Positions 51,262 to 64,000 of a stretch of 64,000 nt of DNA are shown here, one piece after another. This DNA comes from Paraphysomonas bandaiensis. Taxonomy: Eukaryota > Protista > Chrysophyceae. The stretch spans positions 62,001 through 126,000 of the forward strand of contig CBFFRP010000291.1 of NCBI GenBank assembly GCA_965644295.1. The letters run 5' to 3'. The position numbers and the translations under genes are program-made. Each line of letters begins with the position of its first letter. Within the stretch, counting starts at the first letter, position 1. The notes below the pieces were generated by a model. It saw nothing but the letters and a program-made list of their open reading frames with translations, did not search any database and had not been told where the DNA came from.

Positions 51262-53664
51262 ATGAAAACAATTCTATTATTCATTTCTATCGCTCTTGTG
51301 TGGTCACAGGATGAAGATTACCCCTCAGACATGGAGCGGTTTCCTATTGTTCGGCCAGATAACGTGCCTAGTTTTCTCAAGCAATTTCATCATTTAATGC
51401 CTCGTAATGAAGCTTCTAATCGTGGAAATATCGCACCTATGCGTCCAGAGAGAGAGGGAGTGAGGACAATGGATAGGCCTAGATCAGGTCCAGCTGCAAC
51501 TGACTTCCGCACTGATACTGTACCAGTGAACACTTTGAAGAGCCTCAGGTCTCTTGGGGGGTTCTCTCAGGTGGCTGATATTATCGCTAAAACCCATCGT
51601 GTTGCTTCCGAAATCACGAAACCCTATGTTGATCCCAATTCCAAATATGATATGCCTCCGTCCGATGTAGCTGTTGTTGAAGAACCAGCTGTTGATGTCG
51701 AACCTGTGATGGAGGACAATCAGCCGGAGGGTGACATTGAGCCTGCTGTTGATGTCGAACTTGTGACAGGGGACAGTCAGTCGGAGGGTGACATTGAACC
51801 TGACGTTATTCCCGCCGACTCTACTCTTGATGAGCTGCCCGAAGAACCTGCCGATGCCCCTGAAGGACCTCCAGAACCTCGCCCGATGGCGAAACCCACT
51901 CCCAAGTTGAAGCCGTCCCCGAAGGCAAAGCCTGCACCAGTGTCCTCCGTCGGGGATGGGCCCAGCAGTATTTCAGTGCCTAAAGTGAAGCCCACTCCTG
52001 TAGGGAAGCCAAAACCTATTCCGAAAGAACGTCCAAGGTCGCTGTTATCATTTCTTGGCTTTGGTGGTAAGTATATGTCAAGGATACACATGATATATAC
52101 ATTAGATGTTTTCATATCTGACGCGTATTTTGCAGGCCCAGGTCTTAAACCTTCCCCTAAATCCAAGCCCTCTCCTAAAGCGAAACCCTCTCCTAAAGTG
52201 AAACCGAATCCCGCCCTTTCTGATTCCGTTGCGCGCCCTATTGAAGGAGCTGCGAGCAGCACTGTCTCAGGTGGTAAGCGAGAGAAAACCCTTCGGGCTG
52301 AGATTTCCCTTCTCTCTACCCCCCACTCCGCGGACTATGAAGATGAAGCATACATTGCTGTTTCTACTGTGCAAGACATGTGTTCTAGGGATTATACACA
52401 GATGTGCTCCCCCTATGATAGTTTCATGGCCCCATCTCATGTCTCTCAGTCGAAACCAGGGGCTTTGCGTCCTTCGGAGTTCGATATAGTCCGTCCATCA
52501 CTGTACTATTACACCGTTCATGATGACGATGCTCATTCCTACGACGACGGGAGCTATTACGATGATTTTATAAACGAACGTAGTGATGTACTTACTTGGG
52601 GACCTAATGAGAACAGTATGTTCAATTTAGCCGATGTGATGTTCTCACTCTTCAATGTGCAACCATTTGTGATGTTTGAATTTGCTCCTGCTGGAGATGC
52701 AGAATACAGGCCTGAATCTGGTGTGCTTACTGAAAGCGAATCTACCCAGACTACCCTACGCAAGCTTCAGACGAAGAGTTCACAGTCAGTGCCTGATGAG
52801 TCATTTTTGGGATTTGGCAGTTCGGGAGATAAGTGTTTGCTCGAGCAGTATGATGAGCTCAGCCCTGAATGTCAAAGTGCAATTGACGATGCATTGACAC
52901 TCCGTGAAGAGTACCTCGAAGAAGAGACTACAGGCCATTGCCATGGTGTCTTCGCTGTTCTTCTGGTTGGGCTGGCAATTGTATGCTTATGTGGCTGTGT
53001 AAGACATTCCCAGCGTTCAAAATTGAACAAAACACTCCAGGCGATACACAGCAACGCACAGCTAAAGGAACAGATCGAATCTGCTTCGGGTGTCCCAGTC
53101 CCACCCGTGAGGAATTGTAACGCCCGTAAGTGCGGCCGCCGAGTGGTTCGTGTATTGATTGCACTTGTTGTGAGCTTTCTGTTGGTCCGCTTGGCTGCGC
53201 AGTTTACTCTAATGATTGTCAACAGAATGGTGTATGTTGACGAAGACAACAATGAGGTTGTACCATCTCCTCTCGTGGTTCTACTTGTATTCATATCAAT
53301 GTTACTGTCGGAGTTGATGGTGGTCCTCGCAATCAAGAATATTGTGGAGGCGTGTCGCCAGCGTTCCGCACGTTCCACTACGACACCAGTAAATAATGCC
53401 ACTACCGGTACGAGTACTCCGCCACCCGAAAATTTCAATATGAACCGACTTGTCCCCTCGCTTCCCACATTCACCCGTTCTGTTCGTGTCTCCAATCCGT
53501 TCTCTCGATCGGCTCAATATGAGCCCTTATTGACTGACGAGGAGACGGAGATGGTAGAGTCTAATGTGGTTGCTTCCGCACCTATGGAACACGGTCACCA
53601 TGTTGTATACGTTCCTCCTACGGCAGTAACAGCACAGTCCATGTCTTCCGTTTCCATGCTCTAG
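51262..53664 (+). CDS. Secretory-pathway membrane protein: signal peptide, Pro/Lys-rich repeats, Cys-containing luminal region, ~3 TM helices
   Basis: Signal MKTILLFISIALVWS, repeated KPSPK/KPTPK, and a duplicated EPAVDVE..EGDI unit. Hydrophobic segments lie near the C-terminus. There is a probable in-frame intron at about 52067-52135. Confidence 0.78.
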   Translation: MKTILLFISIALVWSQDEDYPSDMERFPIVRPDNVPSFLKQFHHLMPRNEASNRGNIAPMRPEREGVRTMDRPRSGPAATDFRTDTVPVNTLKSLRSLGGFSQVADIIAKTHRVASEITKPYVDPNSKYDMPPSDVAVVEEPAVDVEPVMEDNQPEGDIEPAVDVELVTGDSQSEGDIEPDVIPADSTLDELPEEPADAPEGPPEPRPMAKPTPKLKPSPKAKPAPVSSVGDGPSSISVPKVKPTPVGKPKPIPKERPRSLLSFLGFGGKYMSRIHMIYTLDVFISDAYFAGPGLKPSPKSKPSPKAKPSPKVKPNPALSDSVARPIEGAASSTVSGGKREKTLRAEISLLSTPHSADYEDEAYIAVSTVQDMCSRDYTQMCSPYDSFMAPSHVSQSKPGALRPSEFDIVRPSLYYYTVHDDDAHSYDDGSYYDDFINERSDVLTWGPNENSMFNLADVMFSLFNVQPFVMFEFAPAGDAEYRPESGVLTESESTQTTLRKLQTKSSQSVPDESFLGFGSSGDKCLLEQYDELSPECQSAIDDALTLREEYLEEETTGHCHGVFAVLLVGLAIVCLCGCVRHSQRSKLNKTLQAIHSNAQLKEQIESASGVPVPPVRNCNARKCGRRVVRVLIALVVSFLLVRLAAQFTLMIVNRMVYVDEDNNEVVPSPLVVLLVFISMLLSELMVVLAIKNIVEACRQRSARSTTTPVNNATTGTSTPPPENFNMNRLVPSLPTFTRSVRVSNPFSRSAQYEPLLTDEETEMVESNVVASAPMEHGHHVVYVPPTAVTAQSMSSVSML

Positions 53665-55317
53665 TCGTCTTTTCTGTGCCGTGTGTATTAGAAATGACAT
53701 ACCGACTGGAAGTGAAGATAATTTAAGTACATACGAAGAAAAGGTACGCAGCGGTCTATTTGTAGCTAGGAATATGGAATAAAATTCGTACCGTTGCTTG
53801 GATTTATTTGTAGGAGGAAACAAGTAATGCATAATTATATTAATATTAAAACTGTTCGCCAAAGATCATGAAGCTATTGTTTTTAAAGCTGATGCGGTGT
53901 GTGTTATATTCTTTTTTACTATGAGACCAAGTAAGTATCCGTTTCCGAAGGCGCATCTACCGTGTATGCATTTCACATGATTTATGTACAATTTTCTGTT
54001 TTCCCACTCTCATCTATTCTGTATACCTGTATTGTGTGTAAATATTAAGAAAGTTATATATAACATGAGTTGTAGTAGGTAGGGGAATTACATTCTTCCC
54101 AACAACATTCATACATTTATAAGTCAATAACTAAATTTGACATTGTACTAAATTAAGTAACTTAACTTTAAATAGAACGCATTCTCAATTAATCAAACTT
54201 TACATACACAAGGCATTCATAGCTATGTAAAATGAGGCTGCAGGGTGAATCTCACAGAATCTGCGCGATCTTTATGGCCAGTCAAGATGGTGAACGGGTG
54301 GACGGGTGTGTGACTTTATATATTATATATTATATGGCGTACCAGCGATCCAACACTATTGCCTATTGCTACACTGTCGGAATGGAACAATTGTCATTCG
54401 CTAAATTTATGCCGCCATCAGTAGTAACCAATATTATCTAATCTTAGATAGCCGCAATCTTATACAGCCAAAATAATTTTCGTTTGGCCACAAGCTATTT
54501 TATAGCACATTATTAATTCTCATCACTAATATTATGGGTTGTAATCTTCAAGTAATGACAATCTTTGAATTGCTTATCCATAGACACGATTAACAGTAGA
54601 GAAAATATAATTAGAGACACAGAGCTGTATTAGTATACTTATAGAATACACTAATCTTAGTGTAGCTACGTTGTTGAAGAATTAAAATTAAGTGTTTACA
54701 GTATTTACCAAATTAACACCAATGCAACACACTGGCGAGTTGAGAAATGGGCAGTCTCCTCCATAGTGATAAGGTTTCATTAAGGCCTCAAAGCATTACC
54801 TATTATAGATTAGAATACTACTATGGCCTAATTGTTTCGTAATACGTAGCTATGCGTTGCTTGAGTAGAGAACTGTACTATTCGTTGAATACAATATAGT
54901 CAAGGCACAAGGCTCTATATTGATACTTAAGGATTCCTTGGAAGTCCAGGACAACAATAGAGCAAATGATAGAAAAGAACCTAGTAGAGGTAGATACAAA
55001 CTCCTTTGGAGTCTTTCCTATCTCTTGCTCTTTTCTTTCTTTTCTCATTGTTGTTTTATAAGAGAATGATTACACCTAAAAGACTCCAGCAACATAGAGA
55101 AGAAGGCGATAATATCTATACATAGCCATGAAACTCCTTCTGTATATATCCTTTGAAGGAGAGTGACACAAAACTTAAGCCGTTGTGATATATCACTGTG
55201 TTTATATTTTTGAAAGTTTCGTTTTTGGTTCTATGAAATTCACTGTACAATCGAAGTTTTTTTATATATTGCAGAAGTATGCTATTTTATATCACAGTAA
55301 GTTTATATAGCAGTCAA

Positions 55318-55795
55318 TAGAGCTGTTAGTTAATCATATCATGAATATAATATTCTATTCATCCGGTCATTCAAGGTCACAATGAAGTAAGTGCAGTACG
55401 ATACAGCGTTGTGTTGTATTAAATGCATATATCCAGCTCTATATAAAGAAATAAGCCCGTGTTGGGTACATTAATTGTATACAATGTACGAAGGTGTACA
55501 CAATGAAGTGATTAGTGATGACAGTGAGAGTGATGACTATATAGCGTACATCAATTAGCACTGTGATGACTTTAGAGTAATGACTGTAATGTGTAGCTAC
55601 TATTGTTGTTGTTTGATGCGGTGTGCATATAATATATGAACTATGCAGTATAGAGCTGTTGCAGGTTCCCCAGCGCTTATTATGAATATGATCTTCTATT
55701 CATCCGTCATTTAAGATCACAATGATGGATGTGATATATAATACAGTGCTGTGTTGTATTAAAGGCATATATCCAGCTCAAGCTCCTGTGTTGAA
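55318..55795. repeat. Degenerate ~340-bp-period direct repeat
   Basis: atgaatat..ttctattcatcc..tcatt.aag.tcacaatga and tgtgttgtattaaa.gcatatatccagctc start at about 55341 and 55682. Confidence 0.75.
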
Positions 55796-56210
55796 TATAT
55801 TGTACATGCATACGAGACATTAGAGAGTGTGAATAGCATCGTGCTAACCGTCCGAGTGATCACTGTGTTGTGTATGTGTCCAATGAAGAGCATCTTCATG
55901 CTTGACGGTTGGAGTGATCTGTAGGATACTCCCAAAACCTAGGGTTTTTATAGAAATACATAGTTTTATGAGACTATACAGACTTTAAACTGCTAATATT
56001 GTAAAAAGAGTGTGATACTGCTGTATATATATGTACCTGTATAGCAGTCGTACATGTCCATCTTCAGCTGTCCATATGTACAGTATTGGAGTACACCATA
56101 CACATATACAGTGTACGTCTCTATAGGCAGCTCTGTACTGGAATGTTCCTATCAGGCCAGCAGCTCCAGCATATAGACACCATCTCAACACACATTCAAT
56201 TAACCACACT

Positions 56211-57817
56211 ATGAAACCCTTATCACAAGAATCATTACATCTACTGGAGAGAAACGGCATATCCCCTGTCCCCACCGACAACAGCGACTCATCAGATGCC
56301 ATTAAGGGTCTCATTAACCTCATATTCCAGAGCATAAAGTAAGCTGTATATCTCACTATATATATACATTATAACTCTATTACAGAGCCTTACGAGAGTT
56401 AAATGAGTCAGAGTATCAATCGAGTGCAATGGATATGGGTAGAATGGTATTATCTAACCTCACAGGGAGTGCCAGTGCTCTAGTGAGAGAGATGGTTAAT
56501 GAGACCATTGATACCGACCCTCTCAGCTGTCCCGCTCATGGTCATATGGAACTCATTTCGTTTGGATCTGGTAGACATGCTCATTTACTGGATAGTGTCT
56601 TTAAAGTACGCAATCAAAAGAAGATCTTATGCCGCACGTGCAGCCGCGGTTCTTTGGGTAGCGATTTGAAGTTTTACTACTGTCCTAGCTGTCATTATGT
56701 GCGGTGTATATTCTGTAATCCACCCCCTAACATAGCTTGGGAGCCGATACAAGCGCTACTGGAGGCATGTCCAAGCTCGATAGGGAAGATATTTCCTGGT
56801 GGACGACTTCTGTTGCACGAGATCGCCGCACGTGATTGGGAGACCACAGCCCTCCGTACTTGTTTGCGGGTATATACTTCGGGTTGTATGATGTCGGACC
56901 AAGATGGGGAGCTCCCCCTGCATTGGGCATGTACCAGTGGTAGTAGTCTGAGTGCAGTGGAGGCGCTAGTATCAGCGTATCCTGAGAGCGTTCGCTTGGC
57001 CAATCAGGAGGGAAAATTGCCTCTCCACATGGCTGTGGAACGACGCAGTACTGAAGTAGCACTATTCTTAGCTGACAAATACCTGGAGGGTTGTTCCAAG
57101 AGTGATGGTCTGGGGTGGATACCATTGCACTACGCGGTCAATAGTCAGCCGGAACCAGTGCCGGAGTTACTTCGGCGACTTCTGGATGCCTATCCAAAAG
57201 GTGCAGAGCAACCCACCAATCAAGGTTTTTTTCCCCTGCACCTGTACGTCAGGAACAGAACTTCGCCAGCAATATGGGTGCTACGACTTCTCCTTGAGAA
57301 ATTTCCATTCGCCGCATTTGTGACAACTGGAGACCAAGATGAGCTTCCCTTGCACGTAGTGGCCTCCAGAGATCCCCCCAGTCCTGAGGCTGTCGCTGTT
57401 CTTGTGGATATCAACCCGGAAGGATGTCTACAGAGTTCCGCTCAGACCGCCTGGAGCGATGCTGCTACGCCCCTATCGATTGCGCTCTCTTTGGCAACGG
57501 GAAAAAATAGGGGTATGGGACAGGTCGCAACACGAGAAGAAGAGTACTGGCAAGTAGTACGACTGATGCTGCTGCCGAATCGCAGACATGATCGCGACAC
57601 ATTGCAACACAGTAATTGGATGGTGCGCCGATGGGTACTTCTTTATTCTCTCCGGCTTTTTAAAACGTGTCAGTCTGAAACAAAGTCTCAGTCACCTTTA
57701 AGTAGTCAAGCGCTGTGCAAAATAAATACCGACCCAGGCACTGTGGCGTTCTTGTTTCTTGCAGAGAGTTATGGGAGCTGTTATCCTGCTTGGCGGAGTA
57801 TTATTCAGTATTTGTAG
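56211..57817 (+). CDS. Ankyrin-repeat protein with N-terminal Cys-rich zinc-finger-like region
   Basis: Cys-rich CPAHGH..CRTC..CPSCHYVRCIFC. Repeated G.LPLH.A motifs (GELPLHWAC, GKLPLHMAV, GWIPLHYAV, GFFPLHLYV, DELPLHVVA). A first exon at 56211-56338 splices in frame across intron 56339-56385. Confidence 0.85.
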
Positions 57818-58460
57818 TATTCAAATTTGTTATGTGGCTATTAAATTATACATGTGAACATATGATATGTTGGTGCAGTTTCTGCAAGCTGTGTCATGAA
57901 GCATGAAGTGTACTAAAGTAAATCGATTTCGAAGTTCATACTTTCTTGCGCATTAAACGATGGTAGTATATATGTATATATGAGTGCGTAAACTTGTTGA
58001 TATCGTGATAAGTATTTTTAAAATTTTCTTAAGTAGAATGATCACATGCAATGCCGAAGTTTCACGATCTAGCTTTAATTTTGATGTTAAAGTTGTGAAT
58101 GTTGAATGTAGCTGAAATATGTTTTTAAATTACGCTACTGAGAAACGATGAGAATATCCAAAATACAAAGCAGATGAGAGCACAAAGAACTATACAAAAA
58201 AGGGTACAACATGCCCAAATATGATAATCACACTTTCTTATTTATATTAACATATAAGAACTCATCGCAGTATTGATAATATTTTTGTCTCACATTATAT
58301 CAATCTACAACTGAGTATTCAGTCACACTAAACCACATTCAAAGACTATATATATAGTTATCTTGGTTCGACGGAATACTACCCATGAACTTCGCCACTA
58401 ATTCCCTTGTACATCATGAGCATTTGTCATACTTGCCCTATAAGAAGTGTTAAAATAAAA

Positions 58461-60090
58461 CTACTTTATATGATCAGCGCACCTCCCACCCCTGTTAGGT
58501 ACAGCTCCAGTAGTTGCACCTCCTTTCCTGGAAAATTCTCTCAAAGTCCTTTTGTCTAGTTCTTGTCTTGTGAGCGGTCTCTCATCTTCTTCGCTATCTG
58601 AGTCCTCACCCGAGCTCATATCTTCATAGGAAGGAGCCATAACAGATAGTTTGGAAGGGCTCTCCACAGCGACGACAGACGGCAGTTGCAGTGATTGTTC
58701 ATTCGGCTGACCGATCTGTGAAGCGGCATAGGCCTGCAATATCTCGCTCGTTCGCTGCTCAATGATACCTAAGTATTGCATCATATTGCTCTCAGTCACT
58801 CCCTGATTTCCAAGCATCTCCTCAACAGAGGTAGATGCGGCTCCAATGCGAGTAAATATACTATGGATTCCATTCTTGAGCTGAGAGATAGTTCGCACAG
58901 CTCGCTGGTACCGAGTATCATATTCGTCTGCCTTCTTTTCTGTCCGAAGAAGTTTATCCTCCAGATCACGGAGAGCCTTCTTTCGTTGAGTATCGGTTGA
59001 CATTCCTTGTCCACGATACTTTTCGATTTGATTTCGCATATCTGCAATAGAGTGCTCTAGGCGCTCGATCTCTGAGTTTATATCATTCACGTAATTGAAT
59101 AATGAGAAGTTCTGCTCCTCTGCCTCCAGAAAGCGCGTCACTATCTCGTTGATGTCATAGATGCCAGTACTTTCCTGGATCTTGTTTAGAGCTTCCTCAT
59201 AGCTATTTATCTTCTCCTGGGATAGAGGGGTGTTTTTATCCTTAGCATTGGTCCATCCACCCATGTTTGTAGTGGTTTCACTCTTCCCTTCCTCTCGAGC
59301 GACTGTGTGCGTCAATTGCTCCTCCTGACTGCTCTCTAATTGCTTCAGACGCAGTTGCTCAAGCATCGTTTGCTGCTGCTTGATCATGTCCCCCAGCTCT
59401 GTAAATTCGCTCTCAAACTCCATTCGCTCTTTATCTGCATGCTGCTGTAAAGCAATCATCTCTGACTGAGCTTTGTCTCGAGCTTGGAAAGATTGCTTGC
59501 TGTCTTCTATAATAGCTGCCATTTCCTTTTTCTTCTCATGCAACTCTCGCTCAAGTTTCTTATATATACCATCAAACACTACTCGCTCGCGACGATATTC
59601 ATCAATTTTCATACGAAGTGCTTTGTTCTGGGCAAGTGTTTCGTTAAACTTTAACAGACATTTGTCGAGCCGGTTCTCAAGAACACGAATTTGCTTCTGA
59701 ATCATTTGATTATTATGCCAAGATGCATTTATACCACCCATTCGAGCCTTTTGATCCAATATCTTTTCCTGATAGACCGATATCTCGTTATCTAGGTCCT
59801 CTATATGCCTCCGCTCCTGGTCGATACGTCCAACATACATATTCGACTGCTCCTGTAGCCTAAATAACAGACACTCAAACACAGTAACATATCCATAACA
59901 GTCTTACTCATTACCTTGTGATATCATTGATAGCTCCAGTAGATGAAGCACGCTTTGTATCTCTTGATTCTTTTGTAAGGTCGAGTCGAAGTATTTCATT
60001 GTTATGTCTTAAGTTTTCTATTATCTCTCGTTGACGAAGAACTCGTTGAGTTGGTAAATCTTCTCGTGAGCTTTCTTTCTTAGTAGGCAT
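58461..60090 (-). CDS. ODA1: Outer dynein arm docking complex subunit DC2 (ODA1/CCDC114/CCDC63 family), 2 exons
   Basis: QKQIRVLENRLDK..KFNE.LA.NK.LR.KID..R.ER.VF..IYKKLERELHEKKKEM, FLEAEEQNFSLFNYVN and GVTESNMMQYLGIIEQRT. The first exon begins MPTKKESS at 60090. Confidence 0.9.
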
Positions 60091-60417
60091 TGTTTTAATT
60101 CAAGGTTTAAGAGTATGGTAATATGTATTGTGTCTAGCCACTGCGATCTGATAGATTCTAACACACATATATATATATACACATACATACATACATACAG
60201 AGAGGTGTGTTGAGATAGACGTATGTATGTATGTACAGTCGTATATAGACTGTCATCATACACACATACATTACATACATATATACATACCACACGCTGG
60301 TTTTTGTGAAACGTTTATGGACATTATACTGCATGGTATACTGCTGTATAAGTAACAACACTCTATAGTAGAGTATCATCATCAGCAGTATATAAGATAT
60401 ATATGAACATAGCTACA

Positions 60418-60551
60418 GACAGCATCTTATTTTCGGAAATGTATTGAAGCAGAAATATTCTATATTACTGCAGTACAACTACGTTTGGAATACAGATAAT
60501 TGTTATCTCAATATTCGAGGCATCTCTGAACAAAAATATACTAAGGATGCC
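60418..60551 (-). repeat. Inverted copy of the 36621-36755 repeat
   Basis: The reverse complement aligns with 36621-36755 at roughly 80% by eye. Confidence 0.85.
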
Positions 60552-61374
60552 GATACGGCTGTATGTGAGGCAAAGAGGCAGAGGTACGAGGGTTTTTGGG
60601 CACACAACGTCCAGCACAATACACACAGAGCCCAAAAGATATCTTCACAGTCTCAGATTGTTGCATATCTTTTATGTTTAACACTGAATATAATGCATCA
60701 ATATACCGGCTATAGGCGATCAGAACACTGTCATATTGAAGGGTGTACTTATAACAATACTATAATATTTTCATTTGCATGTGGGGCGATAATCCCGCTG
60801 ACCTTGCTCCATCTCCTAACTTTTCATGATAGGTGCCTTATATCTTTTTCGTGATCTGTATTTCCATAAGTTTATTATTTGTTTGCTATGTATTTGAATA
60901 AGTAGTACAGTATCCATCAGATATCAATTGGAACTGTGAGCCATTAGCATTGCCCGTAACAGAAAGCAATATTAGAAGGTAAGAACCAGACAGCATATCC
61001 TTATCATAATTATTCTGATTACGTGTCTTCTTCTAGCACACACTTTCCAAGCTCCAGATAAACTGATACAATATATTCTTACCAGTACATAACAATATGC
61101 TAACCTACAATGAAGTCATCCTCTTTTATGGCTGGTTCTGATGATGTAAACATACCCGATTGAAACGAGTATTGCACTGATGGTGTACTATGTTCTTTGT
61201 TAGTATACCGTATATCCCATATGTGTAAGGGTATAACGGTGTAACGTAAAGATGATGAAAACGTGAAAACCAGCAAAGAAGAGTCACACTGAGAATTTGA
61301 CTTCCCTTATAGAAAATATAGACTAACGTGGCATCCTTAGAGACTACTGACTTTAAAACTAGATGAACTGAAAA

Positions 61375-62362
61375 TTATTCTAAAATATTACTACTTAATG
61401 CAAAAGTTGTAGATTTTCTTCTAGCACTGCGCCTATGAAATATCCGCTTCCACCACTTTTCTACTGGGAGGTGTTCTCGTGTGCTACATGAATCGTTGAG
61501 ACTGTACTTGCTCGCATCTTTACTCCCTTCTGGTTGGGCACAGCACTCATCACTGTCGGCACTGCTGGTTGTCATCCACGTGGCATCAACTGCGGGGTCT
61601 ACGGTACTATCACTATCCCCATGAACGTCGCGCTGGCGGTATGCACTCAGCTCACTGTCATTCCAAAGGATTAGAAAAGGCTGAACTAAAAGTAGTCGTT
61701 ATAACACCTGTCCATACGAGCTAGTTCTGCCTGTAGTTCAGTCAATTCCTGCTTAAGTCTGCTTTCTTGGTTATCGTGAATAGACTGTGCAATGCGCTCT
61801 GCAAACGGCGGCACAGTCACATAAAGACAAGACAAGAGTATAAGTACTAACCTTCCATTTCACACATAAGGAAGATTTTTTCTTCCTCTACAACTTCCAG
61901 CTTCGACACTAAATCTGCCTCTGAATGCTGCAATATCCTTACCTGTTCCTCCAAAGAATCATTCTTTTGCTCCAATTGCGTTTTCTGCTTCTCCAAATCA
62001 TGAACGGTATCAGAAAGTTTGATGATCTTTTCTGACAGCCGAGAATTTTCTCCGGCTGCTGCGGTAAGTTTGTCGTTTAGCGCAGCTATTGTTTTCACAG
62101 CATTTGAATACTGTTCGTTTCTATCATCTAACTTCTTCGTTACCTGTTAGAGACATTACTAATATACATAAGAACCTAGTAAAGCCCTACATCTTCAAGG
62201 GCACTCTCCAACTCCACTTCTAATTCTTTACTTGACTCTACATAGTCATCATACGTACGCTATATAGTAACAATAAAACACATAGATGTACATGAATACA
62301 GATATATATACTTTCAGGATGTTATACTCCTCTATAGAGATCACCGCAGCGCCAGTATCCAT
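61375..62362 (-). CDS. Hypothetical coiled-coil protein, multi-exon
   Basis: Exons read MDTGAAVISIEEYNILK, LNDKLTAAAGENSRLSEKIIKL and ESRLKQELTELQAELA, separated by short GT-AG introns. Confidence 0.65.
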
Positions 62363-62519
62363 GTTTCAATTATATATAATGTACCTATCTACTGACCAGT
62401 TGATGTCAACCGATATGACTCTCAACTGTATGTATATATGGGATGTTACTGACTCGTATGGTTTAATGTCTTAACAGTGTTGCCAATCGTGATATTGTAC
62501 TGTGTATATTACACGCACT

Positions 62520-62900
62520 TTCTTCAGTCAAGTAAATAAAACCACTAGTTTTCCATTAACATAATCTATAAATCTTGTATTTTCTTGACGAAAACAGCCA
62601 AACTCCAGCATATCTATAGAGCCAATCACATCCATGAAATTGAAAATTTGGCGAAAATTAAAGTATGATGAGTTCTGATTGGGGGGTCATCCAAGATCTG
62701 TATTTGGGTATTTGGTAACAAAAAATTAAATTTTTAGCATTCATTTATCAAAAAAGCGTGATTTCCTGAACACATTTTTTCAGTTTTTCTTCCCTGTTTT
62801 GTATGAAATATGACTTTTTGATACTCTATAATCAATGGAATTTATAAAAATGTCAGGTTTTCTATCTCAAAAACAAGAGAAATTTCCCTTGAGTTTTAAA
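62520..62900. promoter_or_regulatory. Putative bidirectional promoter with opposed CCAAT boxes and phased A/T tracts
   Basis: Lies between divergent genes. gccaatca at about 62621 and tgattgg at about 62676, with A/T runs roughly every 10-11 bp. Confidence 0.4.
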
Positions 62901-63115
62901 TATGAGTGAGCAGTTGATGGCATGTTGTTTAAGGCCGAGTGTATATACAGTCTATCACTCACTCACTCCAACTCAAGATAGTATCAAGTCGTCCCATAGA
63001 AAGGGAATTTTATAGTGTGTATTGCTATCAATACAGTTCAGAGATGTGTGTTGTATGATCTGAAGGGCTTGAGAGGCTGAGATCCATATAAGTAACTAAC
63101 TAACTCCATCTCAGA

Positions 63116-64000
63116 TGACAGAAACAGAGAAGAAACTTGCAGTAGTGACTGCTGAATTAGAGACTAAACAAAAACAATTGGAAGATTTAAAGGTGAGTGT
63201 TACTGTGCGTATTATATGGATTCTAAAGTTATGGTTAGCATTCATTTGATGAGTATGTGGACTCAAGTAAAGAATTAGAGACTGAGCTAGAAGCCTCACT
63301 GGAAGATGTAGGAATGATGAATATTGATGTTGTGATGTAGGGATAACGATGAGTGTAGGTGGAGGGAAAATTGCATGAAGCAACGAAAAAGAATAAATTG
63401 TTGGAGTCAAAGCTTGCCGACCTTAATTCGCAACTCACAAATGCCACTCTCGAACAGAACCGCATGCATGATAATATGGCCAAAAGTAAGAATACCATTG
63501 AAGCTGCTAATCAAACCATCCGTAAATTGGAGCAGTCCAATGCTGAGATGGAGGACAAAATAAGAGTGCTGGAGTTCACTGAGAAGGACCTGAAGGAAAA
63601 ACTAGATGCAGCGATGGAGGCCGGCATACTCTTGCAGTGCGAGCTGGATGGTAATATAGCATCTGTAGTGTAGTTATATGATTATTTATTTGTCAGCTCA
63701 AGGATCAGACAAGGCAAGCGACGAAGTCAAAAGGATGAAATCTGAACTCACAGATCTTCAGGCTGAATTGGCACGGGTGGACGGGTGGGTAGTCGTCTTT
63801 TTTCTGTCCAAATACTTACTGTGTTAATAATAATGACGATACAGGGAGCTTAATGAATATAAAGAGCGCGAGCAGGACTTCACCGCCAAGGAGAAGGAGT
63901 GGACTCGCAAGCTTGGCAAAGCGACGTACTATGAAGAGGAGTTGTCTCGCGCAAGAAGCCAAATTGGCCTTCTGGAGGCGAGAGTACAACAGCGCACTCA
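63116..64000 (+). CDS. Hypothetical long coiled-coil protein, 3'-partial, multi-exon
   Basis: Heptad-rich exons (MTETEKKLAVVTAELETKQKQLEDLK; VEGKLHEATKKNKLLESKLADLN...) with short GT-AG introns. The gene runs off the window. Confidence 0.7.

Noticed and set aside
55935-55949. aaaacctagggtttt palindrome resembling a telomere seed
   Set aside because: It is a single short occurrence, as expected by chance in AT-rich DNA.
1-64000. tRNA, rRNA or snRNA genes
   Set aside because: None were recognised by eye. tRNAscan-SE and Infernal would be needed to exclude them.

Overview
Eukaryotic nuclear DNA with roughly 18 protein-coding genes, short GT-AG introns (about 45-110 nt) and AT-rich intergenic DNA holding degraded mobile-element remnants. 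It is probably a flagellated, plastid-bearing stramenopile such as an ochrophyte or chrysophyte. That is an inference from a signal-peptide-bearing SQD2, axonemal dynein genes and the style of the His-kinase. Recognisable genes: kinesin-1 heavy chain (5'-partial), a Tudor-less SMN, SQD2, TSEN2, ATG11/FIP200, LARP4-like, an LC8 dynein light chain, a PUF protein, an exostosin-like GT47, an ankyrin protein and ODA-DC2. Five observations stand out. (1) An intron-containing gene fuses the soluble-guanylyl-cyclase gas-sensing module (H-NOX + H-NOBA) to a complete hybrid histidine kinase and receiver instead of a cyclase. (2) Divergently from it lies a YbaK aminoacyl-tRNA deacylase-ankyrin-DEDDy exonuclease fusion. 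(3) A Ubl / catalytically dead nucleotidyltransferase / winged-helix protein. (4) Two fold-back inverted repeats have arms that differ mostly at synonymous codon positions, so each joins two sibling TE-like coding copies head-to-head. (5) A ~50-nt three-way-junction RNA motif with compensatory substitutions is present in four repeat copies. Splice sites and identities were worked out by eye, so boundaries are approximate.
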